DNA of 64,000 bases, taken from the NCBI GenBank assembly GCA_010405405.1, contig MU004233.1, forward strand, positions 1,962,539-2,026,538. The letters run 5' to 3'. The position numbers were made by a program, and so were the translations under genes. The notes below the pieces were generated by a model that saw only the letters and a program-made list of their open reading frames with translations, made no database searches and was not told where the DNA came from. The DNA is from Microthyrium microscopicum (lineage: Eukaryota). Of the stretch, positions 23,690 through 36,138 are shown piece after piece; position 1 is the stretch's first letter, and each line of letters begins with the position of its first letter.

Positions 23690-25993
23690 TTATAGAAATG
23701 GTGGTGATGGCTCAATGATGTTGTCTGGCACCCATGGCCCACGCTCCTCAGGCGTAGCTCCCATCAACGCATACGCGCGCGCCATTGTCGTAACGTCCAG
23801 ATCAGTGATATGTGCTGGTCTGCCATCGACCGAAGGCAATGGCACACGCACTTCGTGGTCCGAGTTGAGCATCATGTCGTCCTTCCAGAGGCGACGCTGT
23901 CCGTCGTAGATACATACGACGCGCTTCTTCATCTTCATCTTCTCTGGGCTCGAGCCCCACGAGGTGGGATAGTTCTTGCGCTTCTTGCGCCCGCTTGTTA
24001 CTGCCGCGGCCATCATTTTGACACCGCCTCTGCTCAGGGTCAAGCCCGGACGACCTTTTTTGCTGACGCGGCCATTCGAATGCCATGAGCCGCCTGCGCC
24101 GCCCTCCTTTTTCTTCATGGCTTTTCGAGCGGTTTTGGCGTCCTCGTCCTCATCTTCATCGTCTTCTTCGTCTTCGTCGTAAGTGGCCGTTTCAAATTCG
24201 TTGGAGAGATTGTGTTTGCTAAGAGTTTCTTGAACGTCTTTGTCTTCCGCGATGGTGCTAAGGTGCTTTTCATTGATCGCCTCGGCTGGGTCTTCCTGTT
24301 GGACAACATGAAGTACACACTCGTCAAGATGTTCGTAGAACTCCTGAGCGCTTGGGAACGTGTGATTGCATGTTGAGCATATGCCAGATTGTTGGTTCAT
24401 GTTGGCGTTCTTCCTTGAAGTTGGGCTCTTTCTACGAGCATTGGGAGGCACTTGTTCCACGTTGTGAACAGATGTAAGATGGCGCTTGAAAACGTCGGCC
24501 CGATTGAAGCTCTTTTCTGAAGGTGTGCCAGACCCGACACAGAAACCACAAACCATGGTACCCTTGTAATGAGTGAGTGTATGTCTGTTCTTGTCATACT
24601 TGCGAGCAAACCCTTTTATATGGTACTCGCAAGTTTTGATGGGACATTTTTCCGGTCGTTCAAGTTGATGGGTAAGCATGTGAGCTTTAAGGTCCTTGAA
24701 GGATTTCCCGCAGTCTGGCACTTGGCAGACACCTCGGTCTCGGTCCTGATCTTCATGCTCAAGGCTTCCACTGCCTTGTGATGAATTTCTTGATGCTATA
24801 GATGCTGTAGATTGTCGTCGCCCTGGGGGATAAGCATATGGATGGTAAGCGGGATGCGGCGATTGGCGAGCTTCGCTCTTCACCTTGCGACCATTAGTGG
24901 AGGTGGGTCGAAGTGGTGGAGATGTTGGATTCGTTTCGAGAAAGTGAGGAGAAACCGGTCCGGCAGTGAGATCTGTAGGAAAGCTGGGCGCATACATTGA
25001 CTGTGACATGTAAGGCAAAGGCTGAAGTATTGATGGATCTGTTTTGCGATTGTTAGTTTTCTTGCTGTTGGAAAAGATTTGCGCAAAACAGGAGAACGAA
25101 CTAGAAAAATATTTTGAAGAATTTCTATCAGAAGGGAACGGAGATGGCAAGACAAATGGAAAGCTGTCAACCTGCTGACGCGAATATATCGGTGCAGGCT
25201 GAGTTGAATACAATTGGTTTGAGAGAAGCGAACTGCGTCGATTCTTTGAATGCTGCCACCTCTCAGATGCGAAAGGCGGTTGGTTCAAAGTACTAGAAGG
25301 CCTGGATGCAGACGCTGGAAGCCCAGGCGCTCTGAATCCAGGTGAGACGTCCATAATTGACGTACGAGATTCAAAGATGGGAGATGAACGTGAAGAATGA
25401 AATGTAGACGAAATAGATGAAAATGCAGGAGAAACGCTTGAATTGGGAGAAGAATTCGAAGGCGACTCACCCACAAAGTTCTTAACTTGATCGTGTTCCA
25501 ATGTGGGTTGGTATGTATGCTGGTACATTTCCGAAGTTGATGCCGGCGCATGGAGGGCAGCGTAGCCACCAGAGTATGATATGTTGGACCAGGGTTCTTG
25601 ATATTGAGGTTGCAAACCAGGCGACCCTATAGATGATGATGAAGTACTTTGAACCGAGGCGCCAGACTCGGAGGAAGCCGACAATCGTGGCTGAGCAAAA
25701 AGATCAACTCCATTTGACGAAACAGGGCTCCCTGTATGAGAGAGAAAGGGTGGTTGTATGAGATCATTCGAAGTATGACCATATTCACCGCCAAAGGCAG
25801 CGACGCTGGAGAAAGCTGGAGCAAGAGTAGCGAATTGACTATTGTCCATTGGAAACGTAGGTTGGAATTCGACCGGCGCCAGATAGCCACTGGTTGTTGT
25901 CGAGTACTCAGTATACGGTGCGGTTGAGTATTGACTATATGGCTGGCCAGAAGAGCCAGAAGAAGAGTTTGGATAATGTGGTTCTTGAGCCAT
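23690..25993 (-). CDS. C2H2 zinc-finger transcription factor with probable in-frame intron 25039-25470 and a 5'UTR intron upstream
   Basis: Fingers CQVPDC...HMLTH, CPIKTC...HTLTH and CGFC...HLTSVH, plus a C2HC-type CSTC...HLDEC motif. Also an acidic tract and basic NLS-like stretches. Confidence 0.9.
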   Translation of the reverse strand: MAQEPHYPNSSSGSSGQPYSQYSTAPYTEYSTTTSGYLAPVEFQPTFPMDNSQFATLAPAFSSVAAFGGEYGHTSNDLIQPPFLSHTGSPVSSNGVDLFAQPRLSASSESGASVQSTSSSSIGSPGLQPQYQEPWSNISYSGGYAALHAPASTSEMYQHTYQPTLEHDQVKNFVGESPSNSSPNSSVSPAFSSISSTFHSSRSSPIFESRTSIMDVSPGFRAPGLPASASRPSSTLNQPPFASERWQHSKNRRSSLLSNQLYSTQPAPIYSRQQVDSFPFVLPSPFPSDRNSSKYFSSSFSCFAQIFSNSKKTNNRKTDPSILQPLPYMSQSMYAPSFPTDLTAGPVSPHFLETNPTSPPLRPTSTNGRKVKSEARQSPHPAYHPYAYPPGRRQSTASIASRNSSQGSGSLEHEDQDRDRGVCQVPDCGKSFKDLKAHMLTHQLERPEKCPIKTCEYHIKGFARKYDKNRHTLTHYKGTMVCGFCVGSGTPSEKSFNRADVFKRHLTSVHNVEQVPPNARRKSPTSRKNANMNQQSGICSTCNHTFPSAQEFYEHLDECVLHVVQQEDPAEAINEKHLSTIAEDKDVQETLSKHNLSNEFETATYDEDEEDDEDEDEDAKTARKAMKKKEGGAGGSWHSNGRVSKKGRPGLTLSRGGVKMMAAAVTSGRKKRKNYPTSWGSSPEKMKMKKRVVCIYDGQRRLWKDDMMLNSDHEVRVPLPSVDGRPAHITDLDVTTMARAYALMGATPEERGPWVPDNIIEPSPPFL

Positions 25994-28550
25994 TGCTGAT
26001 TGTTTGGTTAAAAACTTGTTGGGCTAAGATTTGGTCAGCACACGCAAGCCACAGACAATCGGGTTTGTTGGCGGGCGTAAAGATCGGCGAAAAGCACTAA
26101 CCGTAGTGCAATGCAATCAATGGGAAAATGGACTTACCGTTGCCCAGTTAATTGCTCTCTGTCTTTGGTGGTATCACGACCACAAAAGTGAGGTTTCCAC
26201 AATCGATATAAATGGTGATTATCAGACTCAGACACCCAGGCTGACAAGATGAATCCTCCAGGCACGATTGGTGTATGAAATAGTTAGGCCAAGGATATAT
26301 TCGCAAGCCGGTGAACAACAGGAACCCTGTGGAGGTAGTGAAAACGTTGATCCCAAGAAGACCTCTAGGAATAAACTATAAACGTGAAGACTTGGAAAGC
26401 TTCATAAGATGTGGTATATGTGCAATAAGAGATGGGTGAGTAGTAAACAAGAAGCGTTGTAGATCGGACCTAGAATGGGAAGGGGACAATGAGGCTATCT
26501 ATAGGACATAAAGCAAGAGCATAGGGAAGCTTGGAGACAGGGCGCGTTCTAAACGGTAGTCGCGACATAGACCTTGAGCGGAGCAAGTAGGTACTGCGAC
26601 CGCAGCATGTTGCATGATTTCTTTTGGATGGTTGGATTCTCTGGACACTACTAGTTCGGCCCTATGGATATGATCAGGGGTGCAAATGAAGCTAAGGAAG
26701 ATGTCGAAATCAGAATTAGATTCAATTATAAAAAACACGGTAATAGTAGTAAGACTGGCGTGGGAGTGGTTGGCTTGACTGACGGGGTGTTAGCCAACCG
26801 CCAATTTTTGGCTTTGGCGGTACATGTAGCGCTCCGCCTTCTCGGGGGCCGCGACCATGAAAAACCTCAGGGTTCTGCTGAGAAGGGAGCGGTGTCCTGA
26901 ATTCACGCCTGTCGCGTTGACATGCTCGCTCTAACTCGACACCACAGACATCACCACCTCTGGCTCCAATAAAGAGCCATATCGTCCCGTTCTTGCAGAA
27001 TCCCCGCATGGTAGGTCCATGCAATGCCGGGTGTTTGGGCAGTGGACTGACGAGCATGGCTGCTTCTTGGACGGATTAATCACAGAACAATAACCAGTCT
27101 CTCTTTTGAGCCCTGCAGGCCTTGCCTGTCTTGGAACATGCAGCAAAATCTGTGGTGGCATCCGCATCCGATGTGGCTGGTTTACGGATTCCGCACTCTT
27201 CATACCAGGTAGTTTCTCTCCATGACAATGACCAATTCAGAACAGCTGTTCCAAGGGATCTATCAGCAACTTCCCTTCGAGCTCAGAAGCTTCTTGTACG
27301 AAAGTGGTAGCACAGAATAAAGCTTGGTTCAATTGAGGGAGAAGCCTGCTAGCATTTTCATGGAGCCGATCCACTCTGGAGGGTCGACAGCTCGCATCCA
27401 CAATAATAAGACCCTGATCCGTCGCTTAATTAGGAATAGTATTACACATAAATTGATAGTTCTTATGTAGCGCTAATAGATTCTATTAGCACTATATAAG
27501 AGATTTTAGCTCTAATTCTTAATAATGCGTTACTAGAATAGTATTACTATAGAGTTTATATAAACGTTATATCTTAGCCTTATTAGTAATAAAATCTTTT
27601 AAGAATTAATCTATTTTAAGTATATTTTTAAAGCTATAAGTAGAACTAAGAATAGCTAAGACTCTTAAGAGAGCTATAGGTTATAGAATACGCCCTAATA
27701 AAGAGATATAATCCTATAGTAGTAATTTAGCTATAGAAACTATTAGATCTAATATCTTTATATTCTATAACTTATATCTTTATATTCTAAAGCTTAATAT
27801 CTTCTTTAAAGCTAAAATGTCTTAATAATATAATTTTATACCTAGAATCTTAATTAAGAGCATGCTTAGCTTATTTAAAGTAACCTTAATAGCGACCTTA
27901 ACGTTTTTTCTACCTTTCTAAGCCCCTTAGGGCCCTACTATATAAAATACGCCTATTTAATACTCTAGTTACTAGTAGGCTATAGTGCCTATAGGGCTAA
28001 TAGCTTTACTACGCTAGTATTTAAGCTAGGGCTAGGATAATCTAACTAAATTAGTTAGGATCTATATCTATAATAAGGAATTATATAGTAGTAGTACTAG
28101 TAATGCCCTAAGTAGTTAGAAGAATGTATTTTAGAATAGTATTATTTAAGATTTTAAAGCAACGTCTAGTAGTAGAGCACCCTCTAATTAGACTATAAAG
28201 ACTACTCTAAAAGATAATATTTTATACTAGTATAAAAAAAAAGATAAATATTGTTTAAAGATAGTTCTTAGATCTAACCTATGTTAAGAAGCTCTAAATG
28301 CGTAGATTATTATTAAAAACTAGTATAATTTAAGGGTACTAAGTAGAACTAAAGCTTAGGAACTAATTAACGCTTATAGGTAAGAATAGGTTTAATACTA
28401 TAATATTATTATAATAATATTTAGTAAGCGTTCTAGCCCTATAATTAAATTAGATAAGACTTTACTATTATTAGTAGATATTATTACTACTCTATATATT
28501 TCTAAATTACTATTATAAGAATTCCTTAATTTAAATAGTACTAGTTTAGG

Positions 28551-28712
28551 TATTGGGGGTTGAACCCCCTGAAGCTATGCCCGTTCGGGCTACCCCTATT
28601 ATATATAAATACCTTAATTAAAGAGTCTCTTAACTCTTCTTTCTCTCTAAGTTATCTTCCTATTTAGTAGGCTTATAATATAACTTGTCTCTTTGTTATC
28701 TAACCTATAACA
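28551..28712 (+). repeat. 5' LTR of Gypsy copy 2
   Basis: TATTGGGGG (RIP of TGTTGGGGG)...TATAACA with an internal TATA-like tract. Confidence 0.93.
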
Positions 28713-31700
28713 TTAGGTAACTTTAAAACTAACCCCTCTTTTTTACCTACTCCCTCTTTATTCGTTAATAAATAGCTAGAATAGTAGACTAAGATCCCTC
28801 TCGCCTAATAACTACTAGATAAGATAGAGAAATATTCTCTAAGAGTTTTACTTGCAAGAACATAGAAGCATACTTTACGTATATTAACTAATAATAGATA
28901 AAGCTATAGAACTACTTAGACGTATTCTAAGAGGCAACTAATAATAGCTTATAATAAGTAATAAATAGTATTTTACTACTTAACAATACGCTTAATTTAT
29001 CTATCTTATAATTACGTATAACTACTACTAGTTATAGATAAGTCCTACAATAACTAAATAGGTTAATTAGCAAAATTTATATATAATTAAATAAGAATAC
29101 GTAATAGATTATAGTAGTCTATACTAAATTCTAAGCCTAAGTTAATAGCTAGAATAAATAGCTTACTAATATCCGTACTAGTAGTAAGATTCTTATATAA
29201 TAAGTAAATAATACTACTTATAAGACTTTAACTTAGTAGTAGTAATAGGAATAAGAATAACTCTAGAGGGAATCTATAATACCTAGTATAACTCTTTTTT
29301 TAATACTAGCTATACTCTTTGCTAGAGAAACCTCTAACTATAGCTACTACCCTCCTCTAATTCTATAAGCTAATCTTCCTTAGACTCTAATCGCAATAGC
29401 TAGATTAGTAGCTCCTTCTCTACCTTCTCTAATAAATCCTCTAGCTACCTAATATAAGCTACTTTAATCACTACTATAAAACCTCTAACTAGCTCTCCTA
29501 AACCTAGAATAATATTTATATAAAGACCTAACCCTTTACCCTAGTTTTTACTAAATAATTAAAGTAAAATTATATATTAATAAATAGATTTATACAGATA
29601 ACTACGCCTAAATCTACTATATATTTAGCTAGCTTATAGAAAATGCTACCTAATAAGTCCTTCCCTAGATTTAGAATCCTACTAGCTATAATATTATAAG
29701 TTTTAATAAGTTTATAGAATAAATAGACTTTCTCTTTTATAACTTATACAAAGAAATAAGAGCTTTAGCAAACCTCTAAGGGATCTAACAAAGAGGCAAA
29801 GAATAAAGAATCTTTTAGGCTAAGTTTTAGTAGTATCTTATCTATACTAAAGCATAATTTTAGGTTACCCTTATCTAAATGTAGTTCTTAGAAAACGCTA
29901 TAGATTTTAGTCTTAAGATAGCTCTAATTACTTACCCCTAGCCTAATAACTTAGATACCTTTACCTAAGAAGCTTTAGAGACTTAGGATTAAATAGTTTA
30001 AGCCCGTATAAGCTATTATAGCCTAAGAAGCCTAAGTACTAAAATAAGTACTTAGTAGAATTAACTATCTAGGAATTAGGACCTAGACGTAATAAAAGGC
30101 ATCTAGGTTAGAGCTAGCTAAGCCTAGCGTAACTACTATAAGCAAAATAACCTTTATTTTTACTATAGCTTAGCTAATTATAGAATTTAGGATTATAAAT
30201 AGGCGTCCTAAGCGTCGTTTAGAAGTTAGAATTCCTCTTATAGCTAGGCTAGCTATAGATAAGGATAAGGCAAAGGAGGCACTACTAAAGATAAACGCCT
30301 ATAAGATAATACTAGTAGATTCTAAGCTAGTGCTACTAATACTCTAAACGTCCCCTAGAGTAGCTAACTAGTAAAGGCTACTACTACTTAGCTAAGAAAT
30401 AATAACTCTTATAACGATTTATATAACGTTACTAACGTAAAATTAGAAAACTAGTAAGCTTAGATTAAAGACGTAATACTAAGCTAGAAAATTATAAAAA
30501 TATTATTTTAAGATAGTATTAGAAGTTCTTTACTTAGGATATAGTTATAAAGCCCTTTTTAATACCTTTAATAGTAAATTAACTTTCTTTATATATAGGC
30601 TTTATTAATAGTAGCTACTTAACCTATTTCCTTATAAGTCTCTACTTTGCCTAAAGACGTAAACTTAAACGTATACTACTACCTTAGGTAATTCCTATTA
30701 AAGGAATAAACGACGAGGCTAAAGAAATCTACAAAATAGTAATTATAAAGATTAACATTAAAGGCTACAAAGAAACTATTTAAGCCTTTATAGTAAAAGA
30801 GACCCTAAGCTATAATATAATCCTTAGCCTACCTTAGATAAAGAAATAAGATGTTATTCTCTATATAAAACTTAAGAAGCTAGTTTTTAACAAAATAAGT
30901 TATATAGTTATAAGTCTAAAGACTCCTTAGAAGAAGTATAACTACATAGCGATTAAGGCTATAATATTTAAGATACTTACTTAATAAGCTAGAAAGTAGG
31001 TAAGATAGTCTTAAGAAGGCTTAATACTAATTATATAAGTCTTTACTATAAGTCTTTATAACTTACAAAAAGCCCTTACTCTAAAGAAGTATATTAACCC
31101 TTATAGAAAGCTTCCTAAATAGTGTTTAGATTACTTTAACCTCTTTTAAAGAGAGCTAGCTAATAAATAGCCACCTATCTAAGGCCCTTTCGTAGACTAT
31201 AAGATTAACCTAATCCTAAACGCTAATAGAAAGGAACCTTAGTTACCTTAGCAAGTATTATACCCTATAAATTAGAACGAATTACTAGCCCTTAGAAGAA
31301 TCCTTAATAATCTACTAGAAAGCGAGTTTATTTAAGTAAGTAACTTACCTGCTAGAGTACTAGTTCTCTTTATTTATAAAATAGATAGATTAATTTAGTT
31401 TTATTATAACTACTACGCGTTAAATAAGTTAACTATAAAGGACTATTACTCCTTACTACTTATTTATAAGATACTAAATGCCTTAAGAAAGGTATAATAA
31501 TTTACTAAGCTAGACGTATCTTAAGCATTCTATAAGATTTAGATATATAAAAGTAATAAGTAGAAGATAACCTTTTAGATATAATATAGCTTATTTAAAT
31601 AGATAGTAACACTATTTAGGTTATTAAATACTCTAAGCACTTTTTAGAGATTTATTAACTCTACCCTTTAAGATATCTTAGATAACTATATTTCTATATA

Positions 31701-34700
31701 CTTAGACAATATCTTAATCTTTAGCTTAGGTACTAGGAAGTAACATAAGGCCTACGTCTATAAAGTCCTTAAGTAGCTATAAAAAGCAGAACTCTACCTT
31801 AATATCTAGAAGTATAAATTTATAACTACTTAAATAATATACTTAGGCTATATTATTAAGGCTAGACAAGGAATCTTAATAAACCTAGCTAAAGTTAAAA
31901 CAATTTAAGAATAAGAGGCTCCTAAGAATATTTATAGAGTTTAAGCTTTCCTTAGCTTTATTAACTTCTATTATAGGTTTATACTAAACTTTTAAATAAT
32001 TACGAAACCTCTTATTCAACTTACCTAGAAGGATATTCCCTTCTCGTTTAAAGACTTAGAGAAAGCTACGTTTAAGAAGCTAAAATAGCTCTTTACTATT
32101 AACTAAATGCTAGCCTTATTTAACTATAATAAAGAGACTCTTATTTATACTAACTCCTCTAGTTACTCTTTAAGAGCTATACTAGCACAAAAGGATAAGA
32201 TAAGCAAGTTTTAACTAGTAGCCTATTTCTCTAAAAAGTATAACTTTACTTAAAGTAACTACCTAATCTATAATAAAGAGATGCTTATAATTATACTTAC
32301 TCTAAAAGAATAGAACTTAGAGCTATAAATAATAGAGAAGTTTAAAGTAATATCTAATTATAAGAACCTAGAATATTTTATAAAACTATAGAAGCTTATA
32401 GAAAGGTACGTCTAATAGTCTATTAAACTTGCAAAGTATAATATAATAATTAAGTACTAACTAAGTCTACAGAATAGCGTAATAGATAGCCTCTCTTATT
32501 ATAAATAAGATATACCTTAGGACGTAGCTAATAAGAAGATCTAGGCTAAAACTTTCTAATTACTTTATACCTAAGGAGATTAATTACTTAAACTACTATA
32601 AGCCTTACTTATCTATATTACTACCCTTCCTATAGTAATTAAAGATAAATTAGCAAAGACTCTACTAGCTAATAAAGCTTTAATCCTTAGCTTACTATTA
32701 CTAATACTAAACGTCCCTAAACTATTAGTAACCTAATAGAATAAAGTAGTATAGGCTAATAATACCTATTAAGTAGCCTATTAAATAATTAAAGCTAGTA
32801 GACGAAAGTTTCTCCTATTAATTATAAGTATTAAAATCTCTATCCTTAACTACTTAATTAATAGTAAGGATCACCTTTGCTAAAGAAGATAACTATAAAT
32901 CCTAAACTTAGAACCTCTATAGATAGTAATACTATAAGTAGCTTATACGTCCTTAACCTAAGGCTATCCTAGCCGTAAAAGAACTTACTAAGCTTTATAG
33001 CTATATTTCTTCTAGCCTAGAATTGCGACTAATATAAGGCGTTTTATAAGAAATTATAGTATATATAGCCAATTAAAGGTTAGTTATAAGCAGAAAAAAG
33101 GCTTCCTAAAGCCTTTACCTATCCTAAACTAATAATAGTAAGAACTATCTATAAATTTTATAATAGACCTTCCTCTATTAAATAGATATATAATCTTAAT
33201 AGTTATTACTAATTAGCTAAGTAAAGGAGTAATCTTAATTTCCCTCGCTTAGAAAGAAGCTAAGGACGTTATAGCTATTTTCTTATAACGCGTCTATTTC
33301 CTCTATAGTATTCCTAATACAATTATCTATAATCGTAACCTAGCATTTATAGGAGACTTCTAGACGAAGTTTTGCGCACTACTATATATAGAGCTATAGC
33401 TATTAACTACATTTTATCCCTAGATAGATAGCTCTATAGAATAGTAAAACTTAGATATTAAAGCTAAAGTATGAATATATACAAATTATATATAATTAAA
33501 CTAGTTCTCGCTAATACTAATACTTTAACTTATACTTAACTTATAACGCTTATCTATAATAAAACTCTTACCCTTCTTTCTATCCTATAGCTTTAAAAAC
33601 TCTACCTTCCTAGACTTTCCTAAATAAGCTTCCTTATCTAAATAGAAGGATATTCTAAAAGAGAGAGAGGAAGAAGCTATTTATATAATTTTAAAAGCTA
33701 TAAAATAGGCTTAAGATGCTATAACCCTTGCCTAAGAAAGAATATAAGAATAAGCTAACTAAATAAGAATCTAAACGCCTAAGTATAAAGTTAGCAATTA
33801 AGTCTAGCTAGACCTAAAGAATACTAAGACTAAATAAGCAAAGAAGAAGTTTAATTACTATTACTCTAAGTTCTAAGTTACAAAGATAGTAAGCTTATAT
33901 ACAATTGTACTAAATACGTTATAAAGAACTAAGAAATTCTACGTTAACCTACTCAAACTAGTAATAAATAACCTATTCCTAAGTTAAGATACTAATAATT
34001 CTCATCTACTACTAATCTTAGTTAAGGACTTAGATAGAGAAGAACAAAAGAAGTAGCTAGTAAAGAAGATTATAGCCAAAAAATATAAGAAGATAATAAA
34101 GAGTAAACTCTATATAGTCTACGTTATTAAATAGGTAGGTTATCTAGATATAATAAAAGAACTAATTAACTTTATTAAATAGTTAGAAGCCTATATAAAG
34201 TAGATAGAAAAGATAAAGCACGTATAAGATAATTATAGAAGATTAATACCAAACTAGTCTATTCTTTAAGTACAACTAAGATTAAAAACTAGCCCTTTTA
34301 TTATAATAATTAACTTTATAGAGACATAATTAGAAGTACTATCTATAACCTATACATAGAAACACTTTTCTTTTATCTATACTAAGACCTCCTTTTCTAC
34401 TAAATAAAACTAGAAAATTATAAAAATATAAGAAAACTAAAGAAATAAGACACGCCTAATAAACCTCTACTACTAAGGAAGATAAACTTAAGTAGTGCCT
34501 TAGGGCATAAGAGGACTAAAGTAGATAATTAATAGTAGAGGATTCTTATCCTCCTTAGCGACCTCTTCCTTATTATTATAAGGATACTTCTTACCTAAGC
34601 TAATATTATTATTATAGACGTAGTTTAAACATATATTATTACAAAATCCTAAAAGCTAAACGCAACCTATATATTATAGCTAATTCTTTAAATTAGAATA

Positions 34701-35976
34701 GCTAACATAATAAGTATAATGCTACTCCTTACGAGTCTTATTTTACTTATTTTTAGTAGAGAATTATAGGATACCTACATAATAAATACCTAAGGCTTTA
34801 AGATAACTAGCCTAGCTATTAGTTAACTAAATCGTACTAAGAAAGCTCTAATAAATTATAATACTATAAACGTTAGGCTACAAATTATTAGTAAACCCCT
34901 TAGAGAAGGCATTTAATAAGTTAAAACGCTCATTAAAGGAGTTAGAAAAATAATTAGTTATAGTATAAAGGACCTTACTTTATAAATACGTTAGCATAAA
35001 TTAAGAAAGGCTAAAGAAGTACGTACAGTCTAGTTAATATAAAGTACCTTAAATAAAGTATAGTTTTATAGATTATAGTAGTTAATAACTATATATACCT
35101 TCTTATATTAGAGAGTAGTTAGTAGATAGAGATAAGGGTTATAAATAATATTATTCTAGTAACGAAGTAAGACTTAGTTAAGAAGGCAAAGGCTTTTATT
35201 TACGTTATTCTAGTAAGCCTTATGCATAGCTACCTCGTGCATAGTAGGTAGATAAGGTTAAGGAGCATTATAGTTAATAATATATATATAAGGAGAGGTA
35301 ATAGCAATAAGAATACGATCGTTAAAGCTAATAGTATTATTAAAAGCGTTAATAATTAGGGTAGCTATCTCTATATAGTTAGTAAGGCTATAGCTACTAT
35401 GATAAACGACTTACCTAATTAATTAATTAATTAATTAATTAATTAATTAATTAGTTAATTAATTAGGCAAGGAAGAAGAAACTTAATAAGGATTAATTAA
35501 AAGAGAAGAAGCTTATTTAAAGTATAATAAAAGAAGAATAGTTAACTCTATAGAACGATATTACTTTATACCTTTTAAATGCATAAGTAGAAGCATAGTG
35601 ACTTAACTATAGTTACGTTCTTCTAATCTTATTCCTTAATATCGTAATAGAGCTTTAACTAAGTATAAATAAGATAACTTGCTAATTAAGCAACCTTTAT
35701 AGGATTATAACTAAAAAGAACTAACATTATACGCTAAGAAAGGGGCCTTATATCTAGAATTTAGTCTAAAATAGGCAAAACACTAGTACGAAACTAATAG
35801 TTAACGACCTAAGCTTTATATTTTATACCTAAAAGTGAATGCATAGATCTATATGTTATAAATAGAAGCTCCATCATAAATCGTAAGAATAGTAAGCGTT
35901 AAATATAGCTAGATAAGATTAGGATCTCATAATCAACTTAGTATTTTAGCTAAAATTTTTTAGATGAAGGAAGTAA

Positions 35977-36138
35977 TATTAGGGGTTAAACTCCCTAAAG
36001 CTATGCTTATTTAGGCTACCCCTATTATATATAAACACTTTAATCGAAGAGTTTCTTAACTCTTCTTTCTCTCTAAGTTACCTTCCTATTTAGTAGGCTT
36101 ACAATATAACTTGTCTCTTCGTTATCTAACCCATAACA
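35977..36138 (+). repeat. 3' LTR of Gypsy copy 2
   Basis: Same length as the 5' LTR, preceded by a purine tract, ends CCCATAACA. Confidence 0.93.

Larger units (their letters stand above)
28551..36138 (+). mobile_element. Full-length RIP-inactivated Ty3/Gypsy chromovirus LTR retrotransposon, copy 2 (7588 bp)
   Basis: 162-bp LTRs at 28551-28712 and 35977-36138; TTAGG TSD at 28546-28550 and 36139-36143; polypurine tract at ~35963-35976. RIP-mutated motifs in Gypsy order: protease AFINSS (from DSG, ~30600), RT YLDN (from YLDD, 31699-31710), RNase H TNSS and NYLIYNKEML, integrase HHCC relic and LSINFIIDLP, chromodomain ..YVIK*VGY (~34050-34200). Confidence 0.96.

Noticed and set aside
35416..35466. 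(TAAT)n tract as a CRISPR or telomeric array
   Set aside because: Simple tetranucleotide repeat without spacers, not TTAGGG, and internal to a retrotransposon.
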